Shown piece by piece: positions 39,946 through 50,767 of a DNA stretch of 64,000 nucleotides (position 1 is its first letter; each line of letters opens with the position of its first letter). The translations under genes were made by a program, and so were the position numbers. The stretch comes from Thermoplasmatota archaeon. GTDB lineage: Archaea; Thermoplasmatota; Thermoplasmata; Lutacidiplasmatales; JAMCUS01. A model generated the notes under the pieces. That model worked only from the letters and a program-made list of their open reading frames with translations. It did not search any database and was not told the origin of the DNA. Location of the stretch: contig JAMCUS010000027.1 of the NCBI GenBank assembly GCA_023379385.1, forward strand, positions 11,640 through 75,639, read 5' to 3'.

Positions 39946-41046
39946 TTGATGAATGTTGATAATTATCTGTTTAGCTATACCTCTTTAAATACCTACAATA
40001 CCTGCCCATACAGATGGAAGCTCATATATATAGATAAGTTACCTCTTGCCAAAAAGGGTTATTTAAGCTTTGGTACAACTGTTCATAACACTCTCAAATA
40101 CCTTTTAATGGGGCCTCTTCTTCCAACACTAGAAAGTGTTGTCAACATATATAGATCCAAATGGATATCAGATGGATATAGATCCAAGAATGAAGAGACA
40201 GAATATTTTAACGTAGGAATTGAGATTTTAAAAGAATTCTACGCATATATTGAGAATAATAAAGAAAGAGCAAGATATGTGGAATACCCTATAACAGCAA
40301 ACATATCAGATTTTACCTTAATGGGTATCATAGATAGAATAGATATTACAGAGAATAATAAATTGGAGATTATAGATTACAAAACTTCTAGGGTACCATA
40401 TACACATATGGATGCGGAAGACGCAGAACAGCTGATCATATACCAGTTCCTTGTAGAAAATCATTTTCAACAGGAGGTAGAAAAATTAACCATATTCAAT
40501 TTGCGCAATCTTGATAAAATCACAGTTCCAAGAGCCAACGAAAGTAAAATTACATCTATAAAAAACAAAATGGAAATTACTGTAAGCGGTATAAAGAGTG
40601 ATTATTTTGAACCTGTAGAAAATAGATTCTGCAACAGTTGTGACTTTCAATCGCTGTGCCCATTGTACAATAAAGAGGTGGTGAAGGATAAAGAGCTATT
40701 TGTAAAAGGATTAAAATACGTAGAAATAGAACAAAATATAAAGAAATTGGAAACCGAAAAGAATACAATGGGCAATGAACTGATAGAGTACGCCATTAAA
40801 AATGGTATAAGGCAGATTCACATTGATAACTACATTATAAAAATAATGAAAAATAAAAAATTATATTTTACACCTGACAATATAAAAAAACTCCAGGAAT
40901 CAGATGTTAAGCTTAACGGTGTAGATGAAGACAAGTTAATAAAAAAAATAAATGATGGCTCTTTAAACCTCTTCGAGATAAAAAGGGTTCTTAAAAAGTT
41001 GAACTTTAAAGATGAATACACAATAAATATTACCAAACATATATAA
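39946..41046 (+). CDS. PD-(D/E)XK nuclease of the Cas4/RecB (DUF83) family with a 4-Cys cluster and a ~110-aa Lys-rich C-terminal extension
   Basis: N-terminal Cys (NTCPYRWK), IIDRIDI...IIDYKTSR (D...D/ExK), and the C-terminal cluster CNSCDFQSLCPLY. There is no CRISPR context. Confidence 0.5.
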   Translation: MMNVDNYLFSYTSLNTYNTCPYRWKLIYIDKLPLAKKGYLSFGTTVHNTLKYLLMGPLLPTLESVVNIYRSKWISDGYRSKNEETEYFNVGIEILKEFYAYIENNKERARYVEYPITANISDFTLMGIIDRIDITENNKLEIIDYKTSRVPYTHMDAEDAEQLIIYQFLVENHFQQEVEKLTIFNLRNLDKITVPRANESKITSIKNKMEITVSGIKSDYFEPVENRFCNSCDFQSLCPLYNKEVVKDKELFVKGLKYVEIEQNIKKLETEKNTMGNELIEYAIKNGIRQIHIDNYIIKIMKNKKLYFTPDNIKKLQESDVKLNGVDEDKLIKKINDGSLNLFEIKRVLKKLNFKDEYTINITKHI

Positions 41047-41047
41047 T

Positions 41048-41662
41048 TTATTTGAGTGCAGCATATGCGTTGAGAGATTTTGTGTATCGCTTCTCCACAA
41101 CGCTCCAGTTGATATTGTTTATAAAGGCATCCATATATGGGGCTCTCTTGGGTCCAAAATCTGTGTAATATGCATGTTCATAGACATCCAGTACTAGAAC
41201 AGGTATTGCATTCCAAATACCATACATGTTATGCGCATCAGCGCCATAATTTCTCAATTTTCCAATGTTCAGATCAAATGCAAGTATAGACCATCCTCTG
41301 AACGCAGTTCCTACAGCCTTAAAATCTTCAAGCCATTTTTCAAAAGAACCAAAATCATTTATAATAGCCTTTTTCATATTTTCAGAAATTTTATTTTCGG
41401 TTGAACTTAGATTTTCAAAGTAGTATTCATGAAGCACAACACCCATCAAATTAAAACTTTCTTCTACCTTTAACTCCCTGAAATCACTGTAATTCTGGTT
41501 TGCCTTACTTCGGTCTGCATTTTCAAGTTTTCCCCATATCTCATTAATCTTGGTTACATACCCCTTGTAATGTGTATCAAAGTGGTATTCAACCTGCTTG
41601 CTAGATATGTTTTTTAATTCCTTGGGTTTAAGATTTTCTTTAGCCTCTATCTTTTCACTCAT
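41048..41662 (-). CDS. sod: Fe/Mn superoxide dismutase
   Basis: C-terminal DVYEHAYY signature and ...HH..HH-type N-terminal region. Confidence 0.8.
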   Translation of the reverse strand: MSEKIEAKENLKPKELKNISSKQVEYHFDTHYKGYVTKINEIWGKLENADRSKANQNYSDFRELKVEESFNLMGVVLHEYYFENLSSTENKISENMKKAIINDFGSFEKWLEDFKAVGTAFRGWSILAFDLNIGKLRNYGADAHNMYGIWNAIPVLVLDVYEHAYYTDFGPKRAPYMDAFINNINWSVVEKRYTKSLNAYAALK

Positions 41663-41918
41663 AATAACACCAATTCATACTTAGAAATATAAATATTTAA
41701 AAACTTCTGTAATATTTGTTTGTTATAATAATAATTATTTTATAAAAAATTTAATGCGTATGATCATACCGGCAGAGTTAAAATGTACAGGAAAAATTTT
41801 CAGTATACATGGTAAAGTGGCTGCATAATTAATTAAATATTTAAATAGGTATAGTGAATATAAGAAATTTAGAACAGGCATTATTATCAAAAGATCATTT
41901 CATAAACAACTTTATCCT

Positions 41919-43133
41919 TTGAGGAGCTGTTACATGAAAAAAAATGTGAAAAGAATAACGGTGTATGGATGTCCGTTTCACACCGAAAAGGAGATCGCAG
42001 CCATAATGAAAAGAATGGATGTTGATCCAGCTGGTATAGCCATTATGACCAGAAAATCAGATTATATGTTAATACATTTAAAAAATCTTGATGTAAAGGC
42101 AGCAAATATACTGAAACAGGAACTTTTAGCAATTGGTGGTGATCTAGCAATATCTAAAAAAGCCTCTATGTTCAGAGTAAAACATACAGATGCAATAGCT
42201 ATGGCAACTGTAAATCAATATACAAGGCTTGTTAAGAAACTGGCGATAGAACCGTTCAATCTAAGGGATACAGGTAAAAAAATAAACATGGTTATAGAGA
42301 ATGCACATAACCAGAAAAACATAAAAATATTTAACAAAACGGATTCAAAAATAAAAATAATGGGTGTACTCAACGTCACCCCTGATTCTTTTTATGATGG
42401 TGGTAAATACATTGTCAAAGAGAGAGCAATTGATCATGCCATGGATATGATCAAAAACGGTGCTGATATTATAGATGTAGGTGGTGAATCATCCAGACCA
42501 GGATCAAAATCAATATCCGTAAATGAGGAAATCGAAAGGGTTATTCCTGTAATTAAGAAAATAGATAAAAAAAATACGTTGATATCCATAGACACTACAA
42601 AACCAGAGGTAGCTGATGCATCATTGAATAATGGTGCTGACATTATAAACGATATAAACGGGTTCAGATCTGAAAGAATGGTAAAGATCGCCAGTAAGTG
42701 GAAGTGTGGGGCAGTAATTATGCATATGCAGGGAACACCACAGACCATGCAAAAAAACCCGGCTTATGATGATATTATAACAGATATTTATAATTTTTTT
42801 GAGACTCAGATATCAGTTCTCGAAAAAAACAATATAGACAACATTATCATAGATCCAGGAATTGGATTTGGAAAAACTGTTGAACATAATATTGATATTC
42901 TTAAAAATCTCTCTTCGTTTAAATCTCTTGGCTATCCTATAGCCATAGGTGTTTCAAGAAAATCATTTATAGGTGAAATAACTAAAAGGGAGGTAGATGA
43001 ACGTCTGTATGGTACACTTGCTGCGGAGGCTATTGCCATAATGAATGGAGCTACAATATTGAGGGTACATGATATATCTCAGACAGTAGATCTTATAAGG
43101 GTAATTGAAAGCATAACGAATACCCAACAGTAA
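41919..43133 (+). CDS. folP: dihydropteroate synthase with a ~140-aa N-terminal extension domain
   Basis: Pterin-binding TIM-barrel motifs (GVLNVTPDSFYDGG, IIDVGGESSRPG, DTTKPEVA, IINDING) begin around residue 150. Confidence 0.7.
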   Translation: MRSCYMKKNVKRITVYGCPFHTEKEIAAIMKRMDVDPAGIAIMTRKSDYMLIHLKNLDVKAANILKQELLAIGGDLAISKKASMFRVKHTDAIAMATVNQYTRLVKKLAIEPFNLRDTGKKINMVIENAHNQKNIKIFNKTDSKIKIMGVLNVTPDSFYDGGKYIVKERAIDHAMDMIKNGADIIDVGGESSRPGSKSISVNEEIERVIPVIKKIDKKNTLISIDTTKPEVADASLNNGADIINDINGFRSERMVKIASKWKCGAVIMHMQGTPQTMQKNPAYDDIITDIYNFFETQISVLEKNNIDNIIIDPGIGFGKTVEHNIDILKNLSSFKSLGYPIAIGVSRKSFIGEITKREVDERLYGTLAAEAIAIMNGATILRVHDISQTVDLIRVIESITNTQQ

Positions 43134-43172
43134 AGTTAAAGATGTTATAATAACATTTATTAAAAATCGACG

Positions 43173-44345
43173 GTGATGAAATTGAGCAGTGATGATTATT
43201 ATGAAAGATTACATATAACAAGGGATGCCAGTCCGGATGATATAAAGAAGGCGTACAGGAAGTTGGCAAAGCAGTACCATCCTGATATGAATAAAGAGAA
43301 TGTTAAAGAGGCTACCGAAAAATTTAAAGAGATATCCGAAGCTTATGAGGTTTTGATGGATCCTGACAAAAGAAGAATATATGACCAGTACGGAAAAGAT
43401 GGTCTTAAAGCACAGTTCGGATCGCAGGGATTTACCTGGGATCAGTTTACACATGCATCAGATGTCGGTGATCTCTTCTCTGATGATTTTCTCAGAACAG
43501 TTTTTAGTAACTTTGGAGGAGATGATTTCTTTGGTGGATCCTCCAGAAGATCCGGTAGATCTCATGCACAGATTCCTAGAGACCTTGAGACGGCTATAAC
43601 GATATCTCTTAAGGAGGTTTATACTGGAACAACAAAAGAGATTACAGTTGTCAGTAAAAACGTATGTAATAGGTGTAACGGTAATGGATCAGAACCAGGT
43701 TCAGTTCCCAAAAAATGTTCTACATGCAATGGTTCTGGTGAAGTAAAAAACGTCAGAAGCATGGGATATTCCAGATTTATTACTATCAGCACTTGTTCCG
43801 ACTGCAATGGTTCTGGAAAGGTTATAGCCAATAAATGCAGTGCATGTCATGGCAGTGGTTCGGTCCAAGGAAAAAAGACAATGAGCATAAAAATAGAACC
43901 TGGAATAGAAGATGGTGTTGTGCTCAGACTTCCTGGAGAGGGAGAACATACCACAGAAGGTTCCGGTGATCTTTATGTGTCCGTACATGTATTGCCTGAC
44001 GAAAAATTTAGAAGGGAGGGTTCTGACCTGTATACAGAAGCTACAATAAATCTTAAAACAGCAATATTAGGTGGTAATATAGATATCATTACACCCGGTA
44101 ATATTAAAACAATCTCTCTTAAAATACCCCCTGGTACGCAACCCATGTCAAAATTCAGATTTAAAGGAGAAGGTTTGCCATACTGGCGGTCCTCAATACG
44201 AAAGGGAGATATTTACGTTACGGTCAATGTCAAGATTCCAGACAATCTTACTTCCAGGCAGAAAGAATTTTTACAGGAATTTTTTAATGAATATGATTCA
44301 ACAAACCCTGTCAACAAGAAAAAATTTCTGTGGGGATTAATTTGA
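43173..44345 (+). CDS. dnaJ: chaperone DnaJ (Hsp40)
   Basis: J-domain with HPD, G/F region, and four CxxCxGxG repeats ([32 protein letters not shown]). Confidence 0.85.
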   Translation: MMKLSSDDYYERLHITRDASPDDIKKAYRKLAKQYHPDMNKENVKEATEKFKEISEAYEVLMDPDKRRIYDQYGKDGLKAQFGSQGFTWDQFTHASDVGDLFSDDFLRTVFSNFGGDDFFGGSSRRSGRSHAQIPRDLETAITISLKEVYTGTTKEITVVSKNVCNRCNGNGSEPGSVPKKCSTCNGSGEVKNVRSMGYSRFITISTCSDCNGSGKVIANKCSACHGSGSVQGKKTMSIKIEPGIEDGVVLRLPGEGEHTTEGSGDLYVSVHVLPDEKFRREGSDLYTEATINLKTAILGGNIDIITPGNIKTISLKIPPGTQPMSKFRFKGEGLPYWRSSIRKGDIYVTVNVKIPDNLTSRQKEFLQEFFNEYDSTNPVNKKKFLWGLI

Positions 44346-45283
44346 TAACTATAAACAATGTCTCGAGGGTATTCGGTAATTTACTGGCTGTTGAAAACAT
44401 ACATTTTTCTATAAAGGATGGCGAGACGGTTGTTATACTGGGACCAAACGGGGCTGGAAAAACAACAACACTTAGATTGCTTTCCACATTGATCAAGCCA
44501 ACTACGGGTTATATTGAATACGATAACTACCATGTATGGGATTATAAAGAGGCAGATAATCTTGTTAGATGCAGTATTGGATTTATGTCTGAAAATTCAG
44601 GACTTTACGAAGGATTGTCTGTAAATGATAATCTTCTTTTTTTTGGTTCGCTGTATGGAATTGATAAAAAATATCTTTCAGACAGGATAACAGAACTTTC
44701 AACCATAATGGGTATCAATGGTGTTATGAACATTGCCGTTAAAAAGTTATCCAAAGGAACAAAGCAGAGAGTGGCATTTGCAAGAGCTTTACTTCACAAT
44801 CCAAAATACCTTCTCCTTGATGAACCTACATCGGGTCTGGACCCCATTTCAGCGAACATGGTAAAATCAATACTTATGGACCTTAGAAGTAAAGGCAAAA
44901 CAATAATAATAACGACCCATAACCTTGCTGAAGCAACCTATTTAGCCACACGAATCATTCTTCTGAATAAAAGGGTTATGGCAGACGGTACAATAGGCGA
45001 GTTATACAAATATTTTAATAAGAACAGAATGGTGAGAATTGTCTATTCAGGTGGGAATGGCTCAATTGTAACATTGCTCAATAAATTTGATTTTGTAGAG
45101 GATGTAAAACAGGTCAACAAAGAAGAACTTATTATAACCGTAAAGGGAGGAATGGAGAATAACTGGCAAATCGTAAAAGCACTGACAGATAACAACATAA
45201 AACTCTATCTAATGGATCATTATGGAAATGACTTGGAGAAAATATATATATCAGCTTTTGGGGGCAATAATAATGGGCATTGA
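44330..45283 (+). CDS. ABC transporter ATP-binding protein
   Basis: Walker [11 protein letters not shown], signature LSKGTKQRV, Walker [12 protein letters not shown]. Confidence 0.8.
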   Translation: MGINLITINNVSRVFGNLLAVENIHFSIKDGETVVILGPNGAGKTTTLRLLSTLIKPTTGYIEYDNYHVWDYKEADNLVRCSIGFMSENSGLYEGLSVNDNLLFFGSLYGIDKKYLSDRITELSTIMGINGVMNIAVKKLSKGTKQRVAFARALLHNPKYLLLDEPTSGLDPISANMVKSILMDLRSKGKTIIITTHNLAEATYLATRIILLNKRVMADGTIGELYKYFNKNRMVRIVYSGGNGSIVTLLNKFDFVEDVKQVNKEELIITVKGGMENNWQIVKALTDNNIKLYLMDHYGNDLEKIYISAFGGNNNGH

Positions 45284-46034
45284 TAGAATGCTTATTATTG
45301 CCAGGAAGGATCTTAAAGAGATCCTCAGCAATTTTTATCTAAGAATGAGCCTGATAACCTTCCCTGCCTTTATAACATTTATATCTACCCTTATTGTACT
45401 TACCATGGCGATATATAAGAAAATACCCATTTTTTTATATACAGGTGGACAGGAAACAACATCAAATTTAATAATTCTATCTACACATATGATCCTGCCC
45501 TATTTTCTTCTTTCGGTATCCATTATGCCTGTTGTTCTATCAACCTATAGCCTTATAGGTGAAAAAAATGGAAACACGATCGAGATACTTCTATCAACAC
45601 CTGCCTCAGATACAGATATTTTATTCGGTAAAATTCTACCTATTTTCTTACTTGTACTGGGTATATTCATTCTATCCTTCTGTATGTTTACCGTTTTTAT
45701 AGATGTGGTTACCATGAGGGATATGGGTGAAATATATTTACCAGATACATTTTCACTTGTGGTTATATTTATTACCGGTCCGTTATATGCTTTTTTATCA
45801 ACAGTTCTCGGTCTGCTGATATCTTCACGGGTTAATGATATTAAAGCAGCACAACAGATTGGAAGTGTAGTTATCGTTCCTATAATAGGACTACTTGTAT
45901 TTGTCCAGTATTCCTTATCATTTCAATTAATAATGATGTTTTCATCAATCCTCTTTGTTCTTGATATTTTCTTGTTTTATATCTCTCTCATGGTCTTCAA
46001 AAGAGAGGACATTTTGATAAGATGGAATAAATAA
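45222..46034 (+). CDS. ABC-2 type transporter permease
   Basis: Six hydrophobic segments. It overlaps the ATPase gene end, and the start may be at an internal Met. Confidence 0.55.
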   Translation: MEMTWRKYIYQLLGAIIMGIDRMLIIARKDLKEILSNFYLRMSLITFPAFITFISTLIVLTMAIYKKIPIFLYTGGQETTSNLIILSTHMILPYFLLSVSIMPVVLSTYSLIGEKNGNTIEILLSTPASDTDILFGKILPIFLLVLGIFILSFCMFTVFIDVVTMRDMGEIYLPDTFSLVVIFITGPLYAFLSTVLGLLISSRVNDIKAAQQIGSVVIVPIIGLLVFVQYSLSFQLIMMFSSILFVLDIFLFYISLMVFKREDILIRWNK

Positions 46035-46079
46035 AAATGCACTGTTTTACAGATGTTTGAGTAAGAGGTAACGGAATAA

Positions 46080-48992
46080 TTACTGATTTTCGAATGTTTC
46101 TCCGCATGATGTACAACTTTTGGCTTCGTATGGTAAAATTTCTCCGCAAATTGGGCATTCCTTTGTCTTTTTAATCACCTTTTTACTCACCTCCTTATCC
46201 TTTTCTTTACCCATGTCCGAAGTCAGATCAGATTTTACTTCTGCGTGCTTATCGTTCTCTTTGCTGATCTTCTTTTCACCTTTTTCTGCAGGTTTATTGT
46301 TATTTCCTTTATCTGTGTTTGCTATTTTTCTACCTCTTTTATCACTGTTTTTCTTTTCAACAGTTACATCTGCGAAATCTATTTTATTCTTCTCTCTGGT
46401 GATTATAAATAGATAGATCAGTATGGCCATTACTATTATTATTACAGGTATTATAATGTAAAAGACCTCCATAATGCTATTTGCATTGCTTCCAGTACTC
46501 GCCGGTATCGCATTGCTGCTATTCATAGGCACAGATAATAAATTAGAATACCCACCTCTGATTGTTATATTCACCGTTACTGTATAATACCCTGGCTTGC
46601 TGAAGGTTAATTTCCATGTACCATTCGGCAGATATATCAAAAACTCTCCGTTGGAGAGTGTGGTAGTCCTGTTACCCTCATTGGACAATACATTAACGCC
46701 TTCAATAGGGGATTCATTTGCACTCTTAACCACGCCCTCCACAAGGTAATATCTTGTAGTGCTATTGTTACTACTGCTATTAGACGGTTTTACATCTATT
46801 GTTACATTGTTGCTACTGGCAACATTGCCAGCTCCATCCCTTACTTTCACAGATACATTGTATATGCCTGACACCGTAAAACTCTGATTGTAATAGGGTG
46901 ATACAGTTGTACTGGACGTTCCATTAACATTCCATGTATAGTTATATGGTGCAACACCACCGGTTACATTTGCATAAAAGGTATCATTGAACGGAACTAC
47001 GTGAGTGACGACGGATGCACTTAATGTTACGGATAATGTTCCGTACTGTTCATATTCCATGCCATATAATCCCGAATAAGCAGAGACCACAAGATCATCT
47101 GTTTTCCCGTCTAATGCCAGTTGCCCGTTATGCAATCCAGGATAGAATATAGACCAGAAAGTTCCAGCCAGTGCGGTCAGGTCTGGTTCTGCATTATTCA
47201 CGTTAAATGTGATGTTGAATAAAGGATTTCCGTTGGTACCATTAATACCGATAATCTTTTCTTCGTTTGTACCGACACTATTGCCGTTATAATTTATGGA
47301 TACCGCAAAAGCACCTGCCGTATCCAGATAGCCAAATGGAAGTATATTGTATTTAGAGACTGGATAGTTCATTTTAATCGTTTTTTCAAACATGGCTGTT
47401 CCATTGTTACCGTTAAAAGAGGTTACGTTGAGTAATGTTGTACCATTAACAACACTGGTAGATACAGTAGCAAAATCAGGTGCATTACCATTATTGGAAA
47501 GCATGGATGGCATGTAAGATGAAAATAAGGAGGCTGGCAAATCCGTGCCTGTAACATTTGTTAAACTCCATATCGTACCTCCGTCCCTGCCATTTAAGGC
47601 AATAATCGTTGATTCTGGTGCACCTACATTGAATTTATTGGATTCTATGATTATGTATGGTTTTGCGGGTATTTGAAATACCATTATCGGAACATTGATT
47701 ACAGAACTTATCGTTTTGTTCCATAGATTTTTGCCAGTATACACATTCAAAACATATATTTTATTCACATAGTTATCCTGTTGGGGTATGGAACTCTTTT
47801 TTATAAGCTCATATACCAGATCAGGATAGCTGCTGGCGCCTGTGTAATCATACAATGGGCCTATATACGGTTTGGGAGGTAACCTGTAAAAATTGGATAG
47901 ATAACCGTAATACAAGGATTGTTGTAGTTCAACAGCACTACCTGGAACATTGCTAAAATTACTGGAATAAACCACTTTACCATTAAGAGATATTACAGCT
48001 ATTGCGCCATATGTTACAGGAAGCACATCTGTACCTACTTTTACATCTATGAGTGCAACTGCAATATCATACCCGGATCCTGCGTAATTACCTACAGAAT
48101 CCATATCCATCAATGACGCAATATCACTGGCACTTGTGGGTGTGGTGATATTGAAGACTATGCTGTCATTGCCCGTTATCAGGACAGTATTACTGCTGAT
48201 TGTCGGTGGAGAACCGCCAGACAGGTATATATCTCCATATAGCACGCCGCCATCGGTTAACCCTGTTACAGGTGGTATAACCTGCAAAAATCGGCTTAAT
48301 GGCGTACTGCCCACTGATGTTGTGGAATAGTTCACATACCATTGAACTGTTCCATTGGCACCGTTTATAAGTCTGATGCTATTTTCATAATTTTCTGTGG
48401 TATATGGTCCTGAACTATTTGATGATACAAGAACAATTGTATCGTTGTTACCGCTGGTTAACCCTGTAGTCATTGAATACCCCAGTGGTAAAACAAGAGA
48501 ACTCTCTCCAGAACTCAACGTGATGTTCCTTTCCCATATAGGGCTGCCTGTTGATCCAGCATATAATGTTAAATGCAGCAATCCAGGTGCACTGCTCTGG
48601 CCTGATTCAACCAGTATGGTCTGGGAGTAACTGCCTACCCTGCCGTATACGGTAAAATTGATGTAATTTGTAATGGATAAATTCCACACTGCTACACCAT
48701 CATTATTTATACCGCTGAGGATAGCACTGCCTGCTGATACGGAATAGCCTATAAAACCCATCATATTATTATTAAAAAGATCTCCTGCTGCTGTATAATT
48801 GAAGTTCCCATTTGGAATGGTGTAGCTCCATAAAGATTTAAGGTTAGTAGTGCTCATATTATTAACGAAAGATGCAGGATAGTTATTATGTATTGGACTA
48901 CCATAACCATATTGGACTGCAATAAAAAAGCTCACGCTAGTGATGGCTAGCATACATGCAACTGCAATCGCAAACCCCTGTCTATACTTCAT
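46080..48992 (-). CDS. large surface protein (paralog of 20888..23611) with a beta-rich N-terminal region, PKD domain, CarboxypepD_reg-like domain, TM, and a ~100-aa Lys-rich cytoplasmic tail ending in a CPICG-x10-CTSCG zinc ribbon
   Basis: 970 aa. PFNDTFYANVTGGVAPYNYTWNVNG...IYNVSVKVRDGAGNVA (PKD). The C-terminus reads KECPICGEILPYEAKSCTSCGETFENQ. Confidence 0.55.
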   Translation of the reverse strand: MKYRQGFAIAVACMLAITSVSFFIAVQYGYGSPIHNNYPASFVNNMSTTNLKSLWSYTIPNGNFNYTAAGDLFNNNMMGFIGYSVSAGSAILSGINNDGVAVWNLSITNYINFTVYGRVGSYSQTILVESGQSSAPGLLHLTLYAGSTGSPIWERNITLSSGESSLVLPLGYSMTTGLTSGNNDTIVLVSSNSSGPYTTENYENSIRLINGANGTVQWYVNYSTTSVGSTPLSRFLQVIPPVTGLTDGGVLYGDIYLSGGSPPTISSNTVLITGNDSIVFNITTPTSASDIASLMDMDSVGNYAGSGYDIAVALIDVKVGTDVLPVTYGAIAVISLNGKVVYSSNFSNVPGSAVELQQSLYYGYLSNFYRLPPKPYIGPLYDYTGASSYPDLVYELIKKSSIPQQDNYVNKIYVLNVYTGKNLWNKTISSVINVPIMVFQIPAKPYIIIESNKFNVGAPESTIIALNGRDGGTIWSLTNVTGTDLPASLFSSYMPSMLSNNGNAPDFATVSTSVVNGTTLLNVTSFNGNNGTAMFEKTIKMNYPVSKYNILPFGYLDTAGAFAVSINYNGNSVGTNEEKIIGINGTNGNPLFNITFNVNNAEPDLTALAGTFWSIFYPGLHNGQLALDGKTDDLVVSAYSGLYGMEYEQYGTLSVTLSASVVTHVVPFNDTFYANVTGGVAPYNYTWNVNGTSSTTVSPYYNQSFTVSGIYNVSVKVRDGAGNVASSNNVTIDVKPSNSSSNNSTTRYYLVEGVVKSANESPIEGVNVLSNEGNRTTTLSNGEFLIYLPNGTWKLTFSKPGYYTVTVNITIRGGYSNLLSVPMNSSNAIPASTGSNANSIMEVFYIIIPVIIIVMAILIYLFIITREKNKIDFADVTVEKKNSDKRGRKIANTDKGNNNKPAEKGEKKISKENDKHAEVKSDLTSDMGKEKDKEVSKKVIKKTKECPICGEILPYEAKSCTSCGETFENQ

Positions 48993-49319
48993 ACTAGGTC
49001 AGTCAACCATTATTAGTACGCAGCTTATATATTACATTTTCTATTCTTCGTAAAACTGGAAAATTTTAGACTCAAGTTCAACAAAACTCTAACTATATAA
49101 TTGTCTGCATAACTCTAATTGATTATTTAACTTTTTAATAGTTTTTTGTCAGATTATAGCCCATATTGATAAGTTCTGATCATATTAATATAAAAAATGC
49201 ATAATATTATATGGGCTTTTGCTCGTGTTCATGCCCTAACTTGTGAAGGGGGTCTTCCTGCTCGCTGCGATAAAAAAGTAAAAATAGATAAAAACATATG
49301 ATTTATAAAAGATGTATAT

Positions 49320-50039
49320 ATGTCTATACCGGGTTTACCTAATAAAAAAAATAATATAGAGCAATTAGAAATGGTTCTCAATAACCTTAATAGCAGATTG
49401 AGACTGGAGCCAAACAACGTTAAATACATGATTGATAAGGCAAGGATACTCTCTTTTTTGAGAAAAAATGATGAAGCGATTAACGTGATAACAGTCGCGT
49501 GTGAAATTGACCCTAATAATAAGGATGCATGGCTTTTAAGATCAGAAATATTGAATAATCTTGGAAAAATTGAGGCTTCAAGGATTGCATACCAAAAAGC
49601 ACAGGGATTGACGAATATAGATGTACAGAAGGAATCAAAAGTTGCGTATGTATGCCCAACATGTGGCGGTATTGTACCAATGGATGCGAATAGATGCCCG
49701 CAGTGTGGCCTCCCTATAATCAACAACAGACACGAACTTCCACCAGGTACTGTAGGAATTTTGAAATCTTCGTTAAAAAAAGTGGAACTGGGTGAAAAAA
49801 AGGAAGATTATGCACAAGCAGAGCAGTATCAAGCACCACAGGTCAGCACACCCATAGAGCAGCGGTTATCAGATGTATTGATGATAGATGATCAACCATA
49901 TAAAAAATTCAATAATACACTGCACGGTGTAAAATACGTATCAGAATACGATAAATTGATTATGTTTCTGCCGATAATCTCAGGTGTTGCAATAACTTCA
50001 ATACTGTTTATATTGTTCATTTTACACGTAAACATATAA
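49320..50039 (+). CDS. TPR-repeat protein with an internal zinc ribbon (CPTCG-x11-CPQCG) and a C-terminal TM anchor
   Basis: 239 aa with TPR-like helices at residues 20-100. VCPTCGGIVPMDANRCPQCGLPI, then a hydrophobic C-terminus IMFLPIISGVAITSILFILFILHV. Confidence 0.45.
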   Translation: MSIPGLPNKKNNIEQLEMVLNNLNSRLRLEPNNVKYMIDKARILSFLRKNDEAINVITVACEIDPNNKDAWLLRSEILNNLGKIEASRIAYQKAQGLTNIDVQKESKVAYVCPTCGGIVPMDANRCPQCGLPIINNRHELPPGTVGILKSSLKKVELGEKKEDYAQAEQYQAPQVSTPIEQRLSDVLMIDDQPYKKFNNTLHGVKYVSEYDKLIMFLPIISGVAITSILFILFILHVNI

Positions 50040-50052
50040 CGGAGTTTATAAA

Positions 50053-50664
50053 ATGGATAATTATAAAAAGATAGGTACAATTAAAACTATATTTATTATA
50101 ATCACTGCAATTTCTTTGGCCATATTTGTACTGAAAAAGGAAGATCTATTGATTATCATTATTTTAATTCTTATCTTTCTATTATATTTTATGAGGGATC
50201 CAGAAAGGGATATAGCGGACGGTATTGTATCCCCTGCAGATGGTATTGTAACAGATCTGAGAATTGATAAAGATGGTGCGTATATATCTATTTTTATGAA
50301 TATTCATAATGTACATATTAACAGGGCGCCTATAAGCTGTACTGTCATTCAGATGAAACACATGGATGGAACCCATTACCCTGCCTATGGTGATTGGAGT
50401 AATAACGAACGTATGATATATAAATTATTTAACAAAGAAAAAAATATTGAACTTGAAATAACGGAGATTGCAGGAATTGTTGCGCGCAGGATAATACCTT
50501 TCATAAATACTGGACAGAATATAACAAAAGGAGAACGAATAGGCATGATTCTTTTTGGTTCCAGGGTAAATCTCATTGTGAAGCATACATCTATAAAATG
50601 GTGTGTTGATGTGGGGGACACGGTAATGGCTGGTAGTTCAAAAATCGCTGAATTCAAATTTTGA
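50053..50664 (+). CDS. psd: archaeal-type phosphatidylserine (archaetidylserine) decarboxylase proenzyme
   Basis: 203 aa with an N-terminal TM, the GIVSPADG motif, and the FGSRV self-cleavage-like site. Confidence 0.6.
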   Translation: MDNYKKIGTIKTIFIIITAISLAIFVLKKEDLLIIIILILIFLLYFMRDPERDIADGIVSPADGIVTDLRIDKDGAYISIFMNIHNVHINRAPISCTVIQMKHMDGTHYPAYGDWSNNERMIYKLFNKEKNIELEITEIAGIVARRIIPFINTGQNITKGERIGMILFGSRVNLIVKHTSIKWCVDVGDTVMAGSSKIAEFKF

Positions 50665-50767
50665 AGTTTTAATTGCATTGTATATTATACAAAAATATTA
50701 TTTAATTTCATCAGTTTTGATTATAATAAATAATACAATTGTTATAAATTGTTATACCAAACCATGC

